DNA of 64,000 nt from Vicugna vicugna (taxonomy: Eukaryota). The translations under genes and the position numbers were made by a program. The stretch spans positions 1,048,545 to 1,112,544 of the forward strand of contig MU057416.1 in NCBI GenBank assembly GCA_013265495.1, in the 5' to 3' direction. A model generated the notes under the pieces. That model did no database searches and was not told the origin of the DNA. It saw only the letters and a program-made list of their open reading frames with translations. Shown piece by piece: positions 13,151 to 24,260 of this stretch; the stretch's first letter is position 1, and each line of letters opens with the position of its first letter.

Positions 13151-13990
13151 CCTTTTTTTTTTTTTTGGTCATCTTTCTTAACCCCCCTTCCCCTCACTCC
13201 CCAGGTCTGTTCACTTCCATCTCCACACGTGTATCACATGTACCCACCCATCCCCGCCCCCCAGCTGTCATTATTCTAGGCCCAGCAGCCATTATCTGTC
13301 ACCTGAGATTTTGCAACAGCTTCTTAACTGCTCCCTCACCTCCCTGCAGCCACACAATCCAGTCTCCTTCGTGCACGCAGAAGGCTCCTTTCTGCTATAG
13401 ATCTAACCTGATTTTTTAAAATTGCCTTCCTAATTCCCTGAGGGCGTGTGGAGCAGAGACTGCCCATCAAAGGGGCTCACGTGGGGCCGAGCGACTGGAC
13501 CTCCTGTCCAGGGGGGGGGCCTGTGAGAAGAGGGTGACCTCAGTTTGAAAGCTGACGCCAACTCTGAACTTTTTCACCCATATTACCTGTGGTTTCTGAA
13601 AATTTAGCAAAACTTGATTTTTGCATTCTACGCAACCTCATTTAAAAGCAGCTGCCTTTTGAAGGTGTGCTAGACAACTGGGTCGTATTACCAGCATCAT
13701 CAAAAAATGCTTCCCCCAAAAGAGTGCCATGTGCTCCCAGCCCACGACGGTCCTGTGAGAGTCTCCACGTTGCTCGCACCTTGAGAAGCCAGGGCGCCTC
13801 CTGCAGACCGTCAGCTCTCACTCTAGATTAACGCACCTCGAATGGTTCTTCACCCCGCAGCTAACTTCCCCTCAGAGCAACGGTTCACGGACCAAGGGGG
13901 AGTTATTCACCCAGTTACCATTTACTCGGAGCCTCCTAGGTACCAGGCTCTCACGGAAAGAACCATGTCCCTCCCCGACCCAGCGCCTCA

Positions 13991-14208
13991 GGGCTTTGGG
14001 CTCAGCAGACTCGCGCCACGACAAGTAAAGAGACGCGCAGCGAGGTCCCGCTGCGGAGCCCGGGGAGCTCTGTTCGGTAGCTTGTAACAGCCTGTGATGA
14101 AAAAGAATCTGAAAATGAACATATACGTATTTATAACTGAATCACCATGCTGTCCACCAGAAACTCGCACAACATGGTACATGGACTATACTTCAATTAA
14201 AAAAAAAA
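13991..14208 (+). mobile_element. L1 3'-UTR fragment whose 5' half is heavily A/T->G/C substituted
   Basis: Colinear with the copies at 22971 and 37410; ends gactatacttcaattaaaaaaaaa. Confidence 0.85.
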
Positions 14209-14289
14209 TCTCAAGCCTCTAGGAGCTACTCGTTTCCTCCAGTTGGCATTAAACCTGCGTTGTGTGGTCGCCGGCCTGAAGCGCATCCC

Positions 14290-14530
14290 TGAGGCGGCGC
14301 GGCCGGCGGCTGCCACCCGGGGCTACGGAGTCGCACAGCCTGCGGCCCGGTCCCAGCTCCGCGGCTTCCTCGCCGCGGGATCTGGGGCAAGTCGCTCAAC
14401 CTCCCTGCACCCCAGTTTCATTATCTGAAAAATACCAAACCCGGGGTTGTTATGAGAATGAAACAAAATAAGATCTATAAGCCTTGAGTATTTCTCTTTG
14501 CCTGCCCCACAGAAATGCTCAATAAATGGC
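14290..14530 (+). mobile_element. MIR element (5' part GC-shifted)
   Basis: ggggcaagtcgctcaacctccctgcaccccagtttcattatctgaaaaat...ggttgttatgagaatgaaa...atgctcaataaat. Confidence 0.7.
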
Positions 14531-14760
14531 AGCTATACTGGGGGCACATCTCCTTTGCTTATCAGTTTTCCCTTGTGCCTGACACCCATAGGTGCTAAAT
14601 GAAACAAATGAGTTCATTTTGGTCACATAATTGGACATCAAGCAGGTATTGAAAGCATAACTGAATTCCTTAATTCACTGAAAGAAAATCTGAGCGCCTA
14701 CTCCGTTCCAGGCACAGGAACTACAGCAATCAAGACAATGGGTAGAAATCCCTGTTCTTG

Positions 14761-14916
14761 GGGGGAGGGCACAGCTCAGTGGTAGAGTGCATGCTCAGCA
14801 TGCAGAGGGTCCTGGGTTCAATCCCCAGCACCTCCATTAAACATAAATAAATAAATAAGCCAGCCAGCCAGCCAAATACCCTCCCCACCCCCACACTCCC
14901 CCCCAAAAAACTTAAA
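14761..14916 (+). mobile_element. vic-1-like SINE with 15-bp TSD, inserted in an L2 remnant
   Basis: gggggagggcacagctcagtggtagagtgcatgctcagcatgcagagggtcctgggttcaatcccc; TSD aaatccctgttcttg at 14746-14760 and 14917-14931. Confidence 0.92.
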
Positions 14917-15494
14917 AAATCCCTGTTCTTGTGGAGCTTAGAACAGAAGAAAGACAGAGCCAAAGCATAATGCTCATGGAAAGGCTACACTGCCTGTGAA
15001 GGAGACAAGTGCGAGAGGACAGCACAGAAGAGGCTACGAGGGACTTAGGCCGCAGAGCAGTGGGCTGCAAGTTTAAATCCTCCTTGAAAAGGTTCTATCT
15101 GAGCAAAACCTTAAAGGAGGTGAGAGGGCAAGCCGTACAGTTATTAGGTGGGTGGGGCAAAGCCCGTGAAAAGGGCCTAGGGCAGCAGCACACCCAGCCA
15201 AGGAGCAGCAGAGGACCAGTGGGACTGGAGCAGAGTGAGCAAGAGGGAACAAGCAGTGGGTGGGGGTGGGGAGGGGCAGACCTCGCAGGGCGCTGGGGGC
15301 CACAGGGAGACTCCGTTCTTCCCAAACGAGACAGGAGCCCCATCGAACAGAAGGACGTCAGATACAGACACAGACACAGATGTAGGTACGATGGCGATAC
15401 TCAAGTCAGGTCAGTCTGGCTGTTTTCTTCAGAAGAAACTAGACAAGGAGAGACCAGGTAGGCAGCTGTCATAATAAACCACATGAGATGAAAA

Positions 15495-16150
15495 CAGTAC
15501 GAATATTCCTTAAAAAAACTGAAAATGCACCTACCCTTCGATCCAGCCATCCCATTCCTGGACATACATCTGGAGGGAACTCTAATTTGAAAAGATAACA
15601 CATGCACCCCAGTGTTCATAGCAGCACTATTTACAACAGCCAAGACATGGAAGCAACCTGAGTGTCCATCAACAGATGGCTGGATAAAGAAGCTGTGGTA
15701 TATTTATACAATGGAATACTACTCAGCCATAAAGGAATGAAATAATGCCATTTGCAGCAACATGGATCGACCTGGAGATCATCATTCTAAGTGAAGGAAG
15801 CAAGAAAAAGAAAGAAAAATACCATATGATGTCACTCATATGTGTAATCTAAAAAGAAAAAGGACACAAATGAACTTATGTACAAAACAGAGACAGGCTC
15901 ACAGACAAAAAACAAACTTATGGCTACCAGAGGGGAAGGGGGGTGGGGAGGGATAAACTGGGAGTTTGAGATTAGCAGACACACTACTATATATAAGGCA
16001 GATAAACAACAAGGTCCTACTGAACAGCACAGGGAACTGTCTATTCAATACTTTGTAATGGCCCATAATGAAAAAGAATGAAGACGCATGTATATGTGTA
16101 GAACTGAATCACTTTGCTGTGCACCAGAAATTAGCAAAACACTGTAAACT
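15495..16150 (+). mobile_element. L1 fragment (ORF2 3' end and 3' UTR)
   Basis: gatccagccatcccattcctgg...cacatgcaccccagtgttcatagcagcactatttacaacagccaagacatgg...gactacttcaattaaaaaa. Confidence 0.9.
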
Positions 16151-17796
16151 GACTACTTCAATTAAAAAACCACGACCACAACAACAGGTGAGCGATGGCG
16201 GCAGCTTGAACAAGGGGCGGTTGTCAGTGATCAGATTCTGGACGTGTTTTCAAGACAGAGTCACCAGGATGCCTGAGAGAAAGTGGGAGTCAACGCTGTC
16301 TCCAAAGTTTCTGGCTGGAGCAACCGAATAAACGAGGCTTCCCCGCCCGCGGAGGCTGGGAGCAGGCAGAACGGGGTAAGGGGCCCGGGGCACAGTCGCA
16401 GCCCCAGTGGGCTGGCGTTCTTAGCCTTGCAGCAGAGACGCTGTGCGGCATCCCGGAGTTCAGGGGAGCCTTCATGTGGGATTTATAAACGGGGAGGAAA
16501 GGTACGTGATAAAAAATAAAGTCATGCCAATGTTACAGGTTAGGAGCAAAATGCTCCCAGAGCTCAGCATAAGCAGCTTGGGCGAGGAGGGGGGTCACAG
16601 GGCAGAACCGGGGGGCATGAGCACGTGCCCGGCGTGAGGATGGAGAGGGCAGATTCCCAGAGGAAAGCGGAGTCTCTGAGGACCAGGGGCAGCCGGGGCT
16701 TCGGGGTCTGAAAGGCCAGCCAAGGGGCAGGGGCAGAGGGCAGGGGAGGGACAGAAAGGAAGAGGGTAGCCAGGCGACAAGGGATGTGGAGACACCAGCA
16801 TTAATGTGAGACTCTTGTTTCTGGGGGTCTCCGCTTTATCCGGCCTTGAAAGTTTTGCCTGTTTGATGCTCACCTAAAATGACGCTGAGGGCTTCCGGTT
16901 TCTAGTTCCACGTATAAGGAGACTGGAAGTCACCACTCGATGGGGAAAAATCAAACCCCAGACCTTAAGATCAGAGGGCCAGGCCGGTGCACCCAGAGAG
17001 TCACGGCTTAAGGGACTCAGACGGCCGGGCACGGGAACCGAGCTGCGGGAAGCCCTGAACTGCGGTTGGCAAACTGCTGGCAGCTGAGTGCAGACCCCTC
17101 TGAGAGTGAAAAAGTCCAGGGGGACCAGTCATGGCGGTGGGGCGGGGGGAAGCCATGAAACTGTGAGACTTACCTCCAGGACTCAACCAGGCTCAACAGG
17201 AAATACTGGAGAAAAGCCCTCTGGTCCCTGTTCTTCAGGAGGCCCGCCCTCAGCAGGAGCCAGTTAACCACAGCCTGGCCTGCTGGGGTGGGGTCATCAG
17301 AGCCTCACCTACCTGGGGAGGAAGGAGCAAACCCAGCCCAGTCTAGCCATCTTGTTCCACCTAACGGGAGAATACAGCTCAGAAACACCTGTGAGCCCAC
17401 CGCCCAGAGGCACAGGCCCACTAAAGGCTGACACCTGCTCGCAGGACCGTGGCCCTACTCACAGCGTTAGCCCCTCTCTACGCTTCCCCTCCCCCACACC
17501 TCTCAAGGCCAACCTACAGCAGTTCCTTTAGCTTGGCATTTCACAACCAGCCGTCACGAAAAAAATCCCAAGGCAAACCGAAAGGCAAAGAGCACACCTT
17601 GAAGATGCACAGCAAGCATCACACTCCTTCTTGGTTCTGTCCTGGGATTTCCAGGTGCCCGCTGACACTGGCCACCTGTTCTTGCCGGCTGGCCGCTTGA
17701 CCCGCTGGCATCCTTCGCGTATCAGTCACAGCATTTTAAATTCCCAGTCTGACAATTCCAACATCCCTGCCATATCTGGTTCTGATGCTTGCTGTC

Positions 17797-17911
17797 TTGT
17801 TTTTAATAAGGTTTATTCATTCATTTATTTATTATGGAGGGACTGGGGATTGAATCCAGAACCTTGTGCATGCTAAGCATGCCCTCTGCCACTGAGCTAC
17901 ACCCTCCCCCC
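17797..17911 (-). mobile_element. vic-1-like SINE inside the old L1
   Basis: atggagggactggggattgaatccagaaccttgtgcatgctaagcatgccctctgccactgagctacaccctccccc. Confidence 0.88.
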
Positions 17912-18637
17912 TGCTGTGTATCTCTGTTGTTAAGGTTTTAAAATAAGAATTATGCCCAACTTCTCCTTAGAAACCTTGCAAGCAAGAAGAGTGGAGTGAA
18001 ATATTTAAAGAGTTAAGAGAAAAACTTACCAACCTAGAATTCTGTTCCCTGTGAAATTATCCTCCAAAAATGGAGAATAAATACTTTCTCAGACAAACAA
18101 AAATTAGAAGAATTTATTGGCAGTAGACCTGCCTTGCAAGAAATGTTAAAAGAAGTTCTTGAGAGAGAAGGAGGTTAATACAAATCCAAACTTGGAACTA
18201 CATGGAAAAAGTAAGCCCTTGAGGAAGAAATAAGTGAAAGTAAAATAACAACTTTCTTTTCATTTTCTTAATTGCCCTACCAGGTAACAATTTGTTCAGA
18301 ATAATACCAACAACATGTTGGATTATGTATGTATATATCATTTTATACATGTATGTATATGCATATTTCTGCTTATGTGTGTTTATATACATGAATGAAT
18401 GACAGCAAGGATGCCAGGCACAGTGGGGGGCGGGCTGGGGAGGAATTAGGGTTACTCTGTTAGTGTGAAGCACCTGCACTGCCTGCAAAGAGCTACCGTG
18501 CAATTTGCGCCAGGACTTGGATTCGGTGGAAGTGTCTATGGCAAACTCTAGCGCAGCCACTAAACAAAGTAACAAAGTGCAACAGCTCTGCTCAGAAGAG
18601 AGAGAGAATGGAATCATGTAAAACACTCAGTTAAAAC

Positions 18638-18661
18638 CACACACACACACACACACACACA
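18638..18661. repeat. (CA)n microsatellite
   Basis: CA run seen directly. Confidence 0.9.
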
Positions 18662-18664
18662 ATG

Positions 18665-18995
18665 GCAAGGAGTGGGAAATGGGCAAAATGGGTGAAGGGA
18701 GTTAAAGGTACAAAGCTGCAGAAACAAAACAAGTCAGTCAGGAGGGCATGGCGTACAGCATGTGGACTGTGGGTAACAATACTGTGTATTAATGTTGTGT
18801 ATCTGAAAGTTACTAAGAGAGTAAGTCATAAACGCGATCACGAGAAAAGCAAAGTGTAACTTCGCGTAGTGACACATGTTAACTAGACTTGTGGGGATCG
18901 CTTCCAACATACACGAACGTGGAATCACCATGTCGTCTACCTGCAGCTAATGTAATACATCAATTACACTGCAATTTAAAAAAAATAAATAATAA
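18665..18995 (+). mobile_element. Nested L1 3'-UTR fragment of a different (L1MA-like) subfamily
   Basis: gggaaatgggcaaaatgggtgaagggagttaaaggtacaaa...gtacagcatgtggactgtgggtaacaatactgt...caattacactgcaatttaaaaaaa. Confidence 0.7.
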
Positions 18996-19220
18996 AACTA
19001 AAAACCACAAAAGGAAGACAGAGTGGGAAACAAAAGTAAGAATAAAGAACACCAACAAATAGAAAACTGTAAGGATTATGGTCGATGTTAACCCAACTGG
19101 ATTAATAGCCACTTTGAATGTCAACTAAAAGGCAGAGATTATCAGAGTGGGTTAAAAACCACGACCCAACTATATACTGTCTACAAGAAACCCACTTTTA
19201 TAAATAGAAAGACACATATT

Positions 19221-19318
19221 GGGGGGAGGGTGTAGCTCAGTGGCAGAGCGTGAGCTTAGCATACACGAGGTCCTGGGTTCAATCCCCAGTACCTCCATTA
19301 AAATAAAATTGTTAAAAA
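19221..19318 (+). mobile_element. vic-1-like SINE
   Basis: ggggggagggtgtagctcagtggcagagcgtgagcttagcatacacgaggtcctgggttcaatccccagtacctcca. Confidence 0.9.
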
Positions 19319-19844
19319 GGCAAATATAGATTAAAATAAAGCTAGGGATTGAGATTTCTAACGAATCTCACATCCGTGAGGTCAGTCATCCTAACTGCTC
19401 CTGATTCACTGAGTTTCCGCCCATGATTTGAATATGAAGAAGGGATACGTTCTTGGCCACCTGGCTCACTTGCCCTTTTACAGTAAAACTAGAGAAAGGG
19501 GTCCATGCAGCCGTCCTCCAGGTGAGTGGAGCAGAGCGCTCTCGGGATCGCCCACCCTGAGGGAGAAAATCGTATGGAGGGGCTGGAAAAAGACACCTTT
19601 TAGATCCTTCTAGCTTTAATTGATTCAGCCGGCATTTATTTTACTGAGGGCCTTTGAAGTGCCAGGCCCTGTGGAAGGTGCTGATACAAATACACAGAAG
19701 AAAACAACACAAGGAAAAATCTCCGCCCTCGTGGGAGGTGTTTCATCTTCTCTGAGCCCGTGATGCGGCAGAGCCACCGATCCAAAGGGGAGCTGAAACC
19801 TGAGCGTTCCCGAGGGTTAGTTCTTGAGTGAAAAGTAAGTGAAA

Positions 19845-19972
19845 GGGGAGGGTCTAGCTCAGTGGCAGAGCACGTGCTTAGTGTGCACAAGGTCCTGGGT
19901 TCAACCCCCCGTCCCTCCACTAAAAAGTAAATAAAAGATAAATAAACCTAATTACCCCCCAAAAGAAAAAAA
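19845..19972 (+). mobile_element. vic-1-like SINE
   Basis: ggggagggtctagctcagtggcagagcacgtgcttagtgtgcacaaggtcctgggttcaacc...aaacctaattacccccc. Confidence 0.9.
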
Positions 19973-19979
19973 GTTAGCT

Positions 19980-20620
19980 GCATGTATCCGGAAGTGGGCG
20001 TGTTCCAGAAGGAACTAACTCGAAAAGCTGCGTGCACCCCAGTGTTCACAGCAGTGCTGCTTACAACAGTCAAGACACGGAAGCACCTAAACGTCCATCG
20101 ACAGATGACGGGATGAAGAAGCTGTGGGATATTTACACACTGGAATACTACCCAGCCATAAAAAATAATAAACCAATGCCATCTGCAGCAACGTGGATGG
20201 ACGTGGAGATTGTTATACTAAGTAAAATAAGCCAGAAAGAGAAAAAAAAATACCATATGAAATCACTTATTTGTGGAATCTAAAAAAAAAGACACAAATG
20301 AACTTACTTACAAACAGAAGCCGATTCACAGACATAGAAAACAAACTTATGGTTACGGCGCTGGGGGGATGAGGGGGATAACCTGGGAGTTTGAGATTTG
20401 CAGACACTAACTACTATACATAAAACAGATAAACAAGTGTGTACTGCAGAGCACAGGGAACTATGTTCAATATCTTGTAGTCACCTATAATGAAAAGACT
20501 ATGAAACAGAATATACGTATGTACACATGTGGCTGAAACATGATGCTGCACACCAGAAATGGACACCACATTGTAAACTGACTACACTTCAGCTAAAAAA
20601 AAAAATTAAAATTAAAAAAG
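19980..20620 (+). mobile_element. L1 fragment (ORF2 3' end and 3' UTR)
   Basis: ORF 20032-20283 carries L1 C-terminal-like text (LWDIYTLEYYPAIK, AATWMDVEIVILSKISQ); ends in polyA. Confidence 0.9.
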
Positions 20621-22309
20621 TGAGCTGTTCAAAGGTTTCTCTGGCTTTTACTTTGCTTGTTAGTTTGTCTGTCTGTCTGTTTTTTCATTCAGTAGAGACT
20701 GTGAACCAGGTAGTCACCGCGACCACTTTCCAGAGCATCAGCACGTGAGAAATCAAGGTGGAACATAATTCTTACAAAACTTCCCTCCCTCGGGAGTCCC
20801 GGGAAGAAATGGCCAGAACGCGAGTTTTCTAGATGAAAGGAAAAAATTGTGCAACTTCTGGAATCAATAAATGCCCGCCTCCGTCCTCTCTGCAGCCACC
20901 TGTGTGGAACCTCCCGGGGCGCAGTGTTTTGTGCTGATGTTTGTGCTGATGTTTGTGCTAACGTTAGCACACGCTCCGGGAAAATCAAACCGTGCTCTTC
21001 AGGCCGGCGGGCCTCTTAAAAGCTTCCCCCCTCCCACATCTCCTCAGTGAGACTGACGTGTCCGCAGGGGAATGGAAGGCAGGACACAGCCCCGGCCACC
21101 TACCAGGACGACGGCTAAACTGTCCAGTGCATCCTCCCCAGGTCACTGTCTCGCGCACCTGCCTGGATTCACCAACGGAAGACCGAGTGTCGGGAGGAAA
21201 CCCTGGGGCTCACACGGCCAGCCTCCCCAGATCTCAGGCCTCGGGCACCCTGTGTTCCCTCCGCCCGAAACCCCATTTCCCAAGAGGTTTACTTGGCTGG
21301 CTGCTTCTCCTGGAAGCTTCCAGAGCTCTTACTTCACATCAGAAAGGCCTTCCTCCACCACCCCTCCTTCCAAAGCAGGACCTGCCCCCCCGGGCCCCAG
21401 CCTCCCCACCCTCTGCAGTGATACAGCCGCCTTTCGACACAGGCGCAGGGGTCACTGTGAAATGATCTCAGTTATTCCTTTTCCCAATCTTCCTTGAATG
21501 TGCAGGTGGCTGGTGGGTCTGGTCCTCCCCTTCGCAGCCAGCACGGTGCCCAATAAAGACCCAACATCCAATGAGCAAGCACTCGCCCTGCATCACCTGA
21601 GGGGGGTCTACGGCGGAGTCTGAGGGTCATTTTTCCAACTGCTCCATTTCCATGGGTGAAACCCCTCATAAGCAAGTCAGAAGCAAAGACTGGGGCAATT
21701 ACCCAGGGAGTTCAGGTGCAAAGCCCCCACCCTGGACTCAGATTTCCATTTCGAGAGAAAGTGAATCTTCCCAGTCCCTTCAGCTCCCTTGACTGTGTGT
21801 GAATCCGACTATCAGCAGCTCCTTTCCCGCTGACCGTGGGCAAGAGGTTTGTCTCCTTCCGCAACGGTTGGGGAGTTTCAAGAGGCTGAGGCCTTAATGC
21901 TTTATGGCTACACGTGCGGGCGGGTTTGGGTCTTGATTTTGCTTTTTACACGTTACTTAGAAAAGAATTGGAAAAGCAATGAACTCAGCTCTGAGATCCC
22001 GTCCACTCTGTGCCCAGTTTCCTGTGTTTTGAATAACAAGGGTTAACTGCCAACAGGTAAGTCTCTCCCACCTCTAAAGCGCACATATTTTTCCTATAAC
22101 CCTAGGATGGTTTGTGAGCGGGAGTCTATCTTTTTACTTTACTATCAGGGGAGAGAGCATAGTTGTTGTTTTAACCATTGCTTTAATACGTTTCCTCCTC
22201 TGCTGAACTTGGTTCACCACAAAGTACGGAAGATTTTTGTAAGCAGGCTTCCCCGAAAAGCTTTTACAATCATCATTTACCCACTGAAATGCTTCACTCG
22301 CACAAAGAG

Positions 22310-22570
22310 GGAAATGTGCACCAGCAGCAGCTCTCGTTTATTTAGTGGTGCTTACTGTGTGTCCCGGGGTCTTACGTACACTGTCACTTTAGCCCCCTCC
22401 CCTCCACAAAGCGGGGGATGATAGAAATCATTTCCTTCTTACAGGTGGGGAGACCGAGGCACAGGACGGGCAATGATCCGCCTCTGGGCACGCGGCCCCG
22501 GCGCCGCGGTAAGGTGGGAGCCCTGCGCCGCTCCGGGCTGCCAAGCTCAGTCCCCCTGTTCTGCAGCCTC
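22310..22570 (-). mobile_element. MIR element (distal part GC-shifted)
   Basis: tttagtggtgcttactgtgtgtcccggg...ttacaggtggggagaccgaggcacagg. Confidence 0.65.
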
Positions 22571-22859
22571 TGAGTGTGGGAGATTCCCAAACCCCCCCTG
22601 GGAGAGATGGTGCAAGCCTTAGGGGGGAGAAGGAAAAACTTTTTTAAAGGAAGGTATCAAATGTTTTGACATGTGGCTGCATCTACTTAAAAATGAACAC
22701 TGCTCTGTCAGAAAACAGCATACGTATCATTTGGAAGGCAAATAAAATCCAGAAAAACACATAGCACTCATGGCAGACAGGCTAATGTCAGTTCCATCTT
22801 TTTATACAGTGCTTTTTAAACAAGTAAAGGACCGATATTATAAAAGAAAAATGGGCAAA

Positions 22860-22952
22860 GTAGGACAGGCAGCAGCTCAGGGGCAGAGTGTGTGCTTAGT
22901 GTGCGCGAGGTTCTGGGTTCAATCCCCAGCGCCTCCATTTAAAAAAAAGATA
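22860..22952 (+). mobile_element. vic-1-like SINE (diverged)
   Basis: cagctcaggggcagagtgtgtgcttagtgtgcgcgaggttctgggttcaatccccagcgcctccattt. Confidence 0.85.
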
Positions 22953-22959
22953 AATTAGG

Positions 22960-23190
22960 GGTGGTAAATTGGAGTTTGGGATTAACAGACACACACCACT
23001 GTATATAAAATAGATAAACAAGTTCCTACTGTACAGCAGAGGAAACTGTATTCAATTTCTTGTAATAAATTATATACAAAAAATCTGAAAATGTATGTAT
23101 ATACATACACCTGAATTGCTTTGCTATACACCTGAAACTAACATTGTAAATCAACTACACTTTAATAAAAAAATAAAATCAAAGAAAAAG
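22960..23190 (+). mobile_element. L1 3'-UTR fragment
   Basis: ggagtttgggattaacagacacacaccactgtatataaaatagataaac...aacattgtaaatcaactacac...aataaaaaa. Confidence 0.85.
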
Positions 23191-24044
23191 AAAACTGGGC
23201 AAAGAATATGAATGCACATCCAAAAATAGCAAACACTAGCTGCAGACAAAATTTGAAAGTATCTTCAAACTCCTGGGTATTAAATTAAGTGCAAATCAAA
23301 ACAACACAATAATTTTCTTTGCCTATGAAATTTTTTTACACTAATATTTTTACTAAGGCAGCTCATGGAAATATCAATTGGCACAACCTTTCTTGAATTT
23401 TTTTCAATGAGTACAAGGAACGGTCAAAGTAATCATTCATGAATGTGGAGAAATACTGATGAACATCTTAATAACTTTTGAAACTCTGTGACAGGTGTAC
23501 AGGAGTTCATTGTCTTAGACTTGACCTTTCTGTTTGAATTTTCCGTATTAAAAATGTTTTCAAGAAAGCCTTTTAAATTTAAAAGCATTCAATTTTTTAT
23601 GCAACAACCCAAAAAGCTTATGTACAGGATTATTCCTCTTCACCTTATTTACAATAGCCCCCAAATCACTAAAGGTACATTTCTAACAATAGAAATTTGT
23701 GTTTAGACTAGTGCCAGGTTAATAAAATGGAATATTAAGCAACCATCGAAAGTCGTATTTTCAAAGAATGTTCCACGACAGGAGAAAATCGTCCTGGTAA
23801 AACGTCAAGGAGGAACAAAAGGAAGCTACACGAGTTTCCGTTTCCCAAGTACACGTTTACATCCCCAAAAAGGCTGAGGGGAAAACGCTCCAATTAGACA
23901 CGGGTCTTCTCGGACGGGGCGATTATACATTTTTTAATTTTTTACATTTAAAAATTTTTTTCTACAATATTCATGGAGTCATGTGACAACGAGGGGACAG
24001 TGCAAGCTAAACGCTGAAGCAAGGGGCAAAGCAGCAAGACAGAA

Positions 24045-24260
24045 AATCGCCAGCGTAAAACTCCGCGAGCGCCTGCGCGTCCACGGGCTGCGCGCCCCTG
24101 GAAGCGCGGCTGCCGTGAGGCGGGGCTACGGCCGCGCGTCGCCACCGCGGGCGCCCCTCCCGCGGGCCAGGGGCCCCGCCGCACCGGCGGCGGGACGCTC
24201 TCGGCGGGACCGAGACTCCACCAGCGACAAAGCCGTCCTGACAGCCAGCGAAGGAAAACC
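24045..24260. other. Short isolated CpG-rich patch
   Basis: About 200 bp of very dense CpG/GC between AT-rich flanks. Confidence 0.7.

Larger units (their letters stand above)
16888..19220 (+). mobile_element. Old L1 (L1M-type): putative 5' region, ORF1 and ORF2 endonuclease N-terminus, interrupted by younger insertions and an inversion
   Basis: 17950-18170 encodes broken ORF1 C-terminal motifs (ETLQARR, PRIL, DKQKLEEF, RPALQEMLKEVL); 19110-19200 encodes LNVN and KRQRLSEWVKNHDPTIYCLQETHF of the L1 endonuclease; 5' boundary least certain. Confidence 0.75.

Noticed and set aside
19221..19298. tRNA-Ala-like sequence (also 14761, 19845, 29463, 44471)
   Set aside because: These are SINE heads: many diverged copies with A-rich tails, TSDs and broken stems, not functional tRNA genes.
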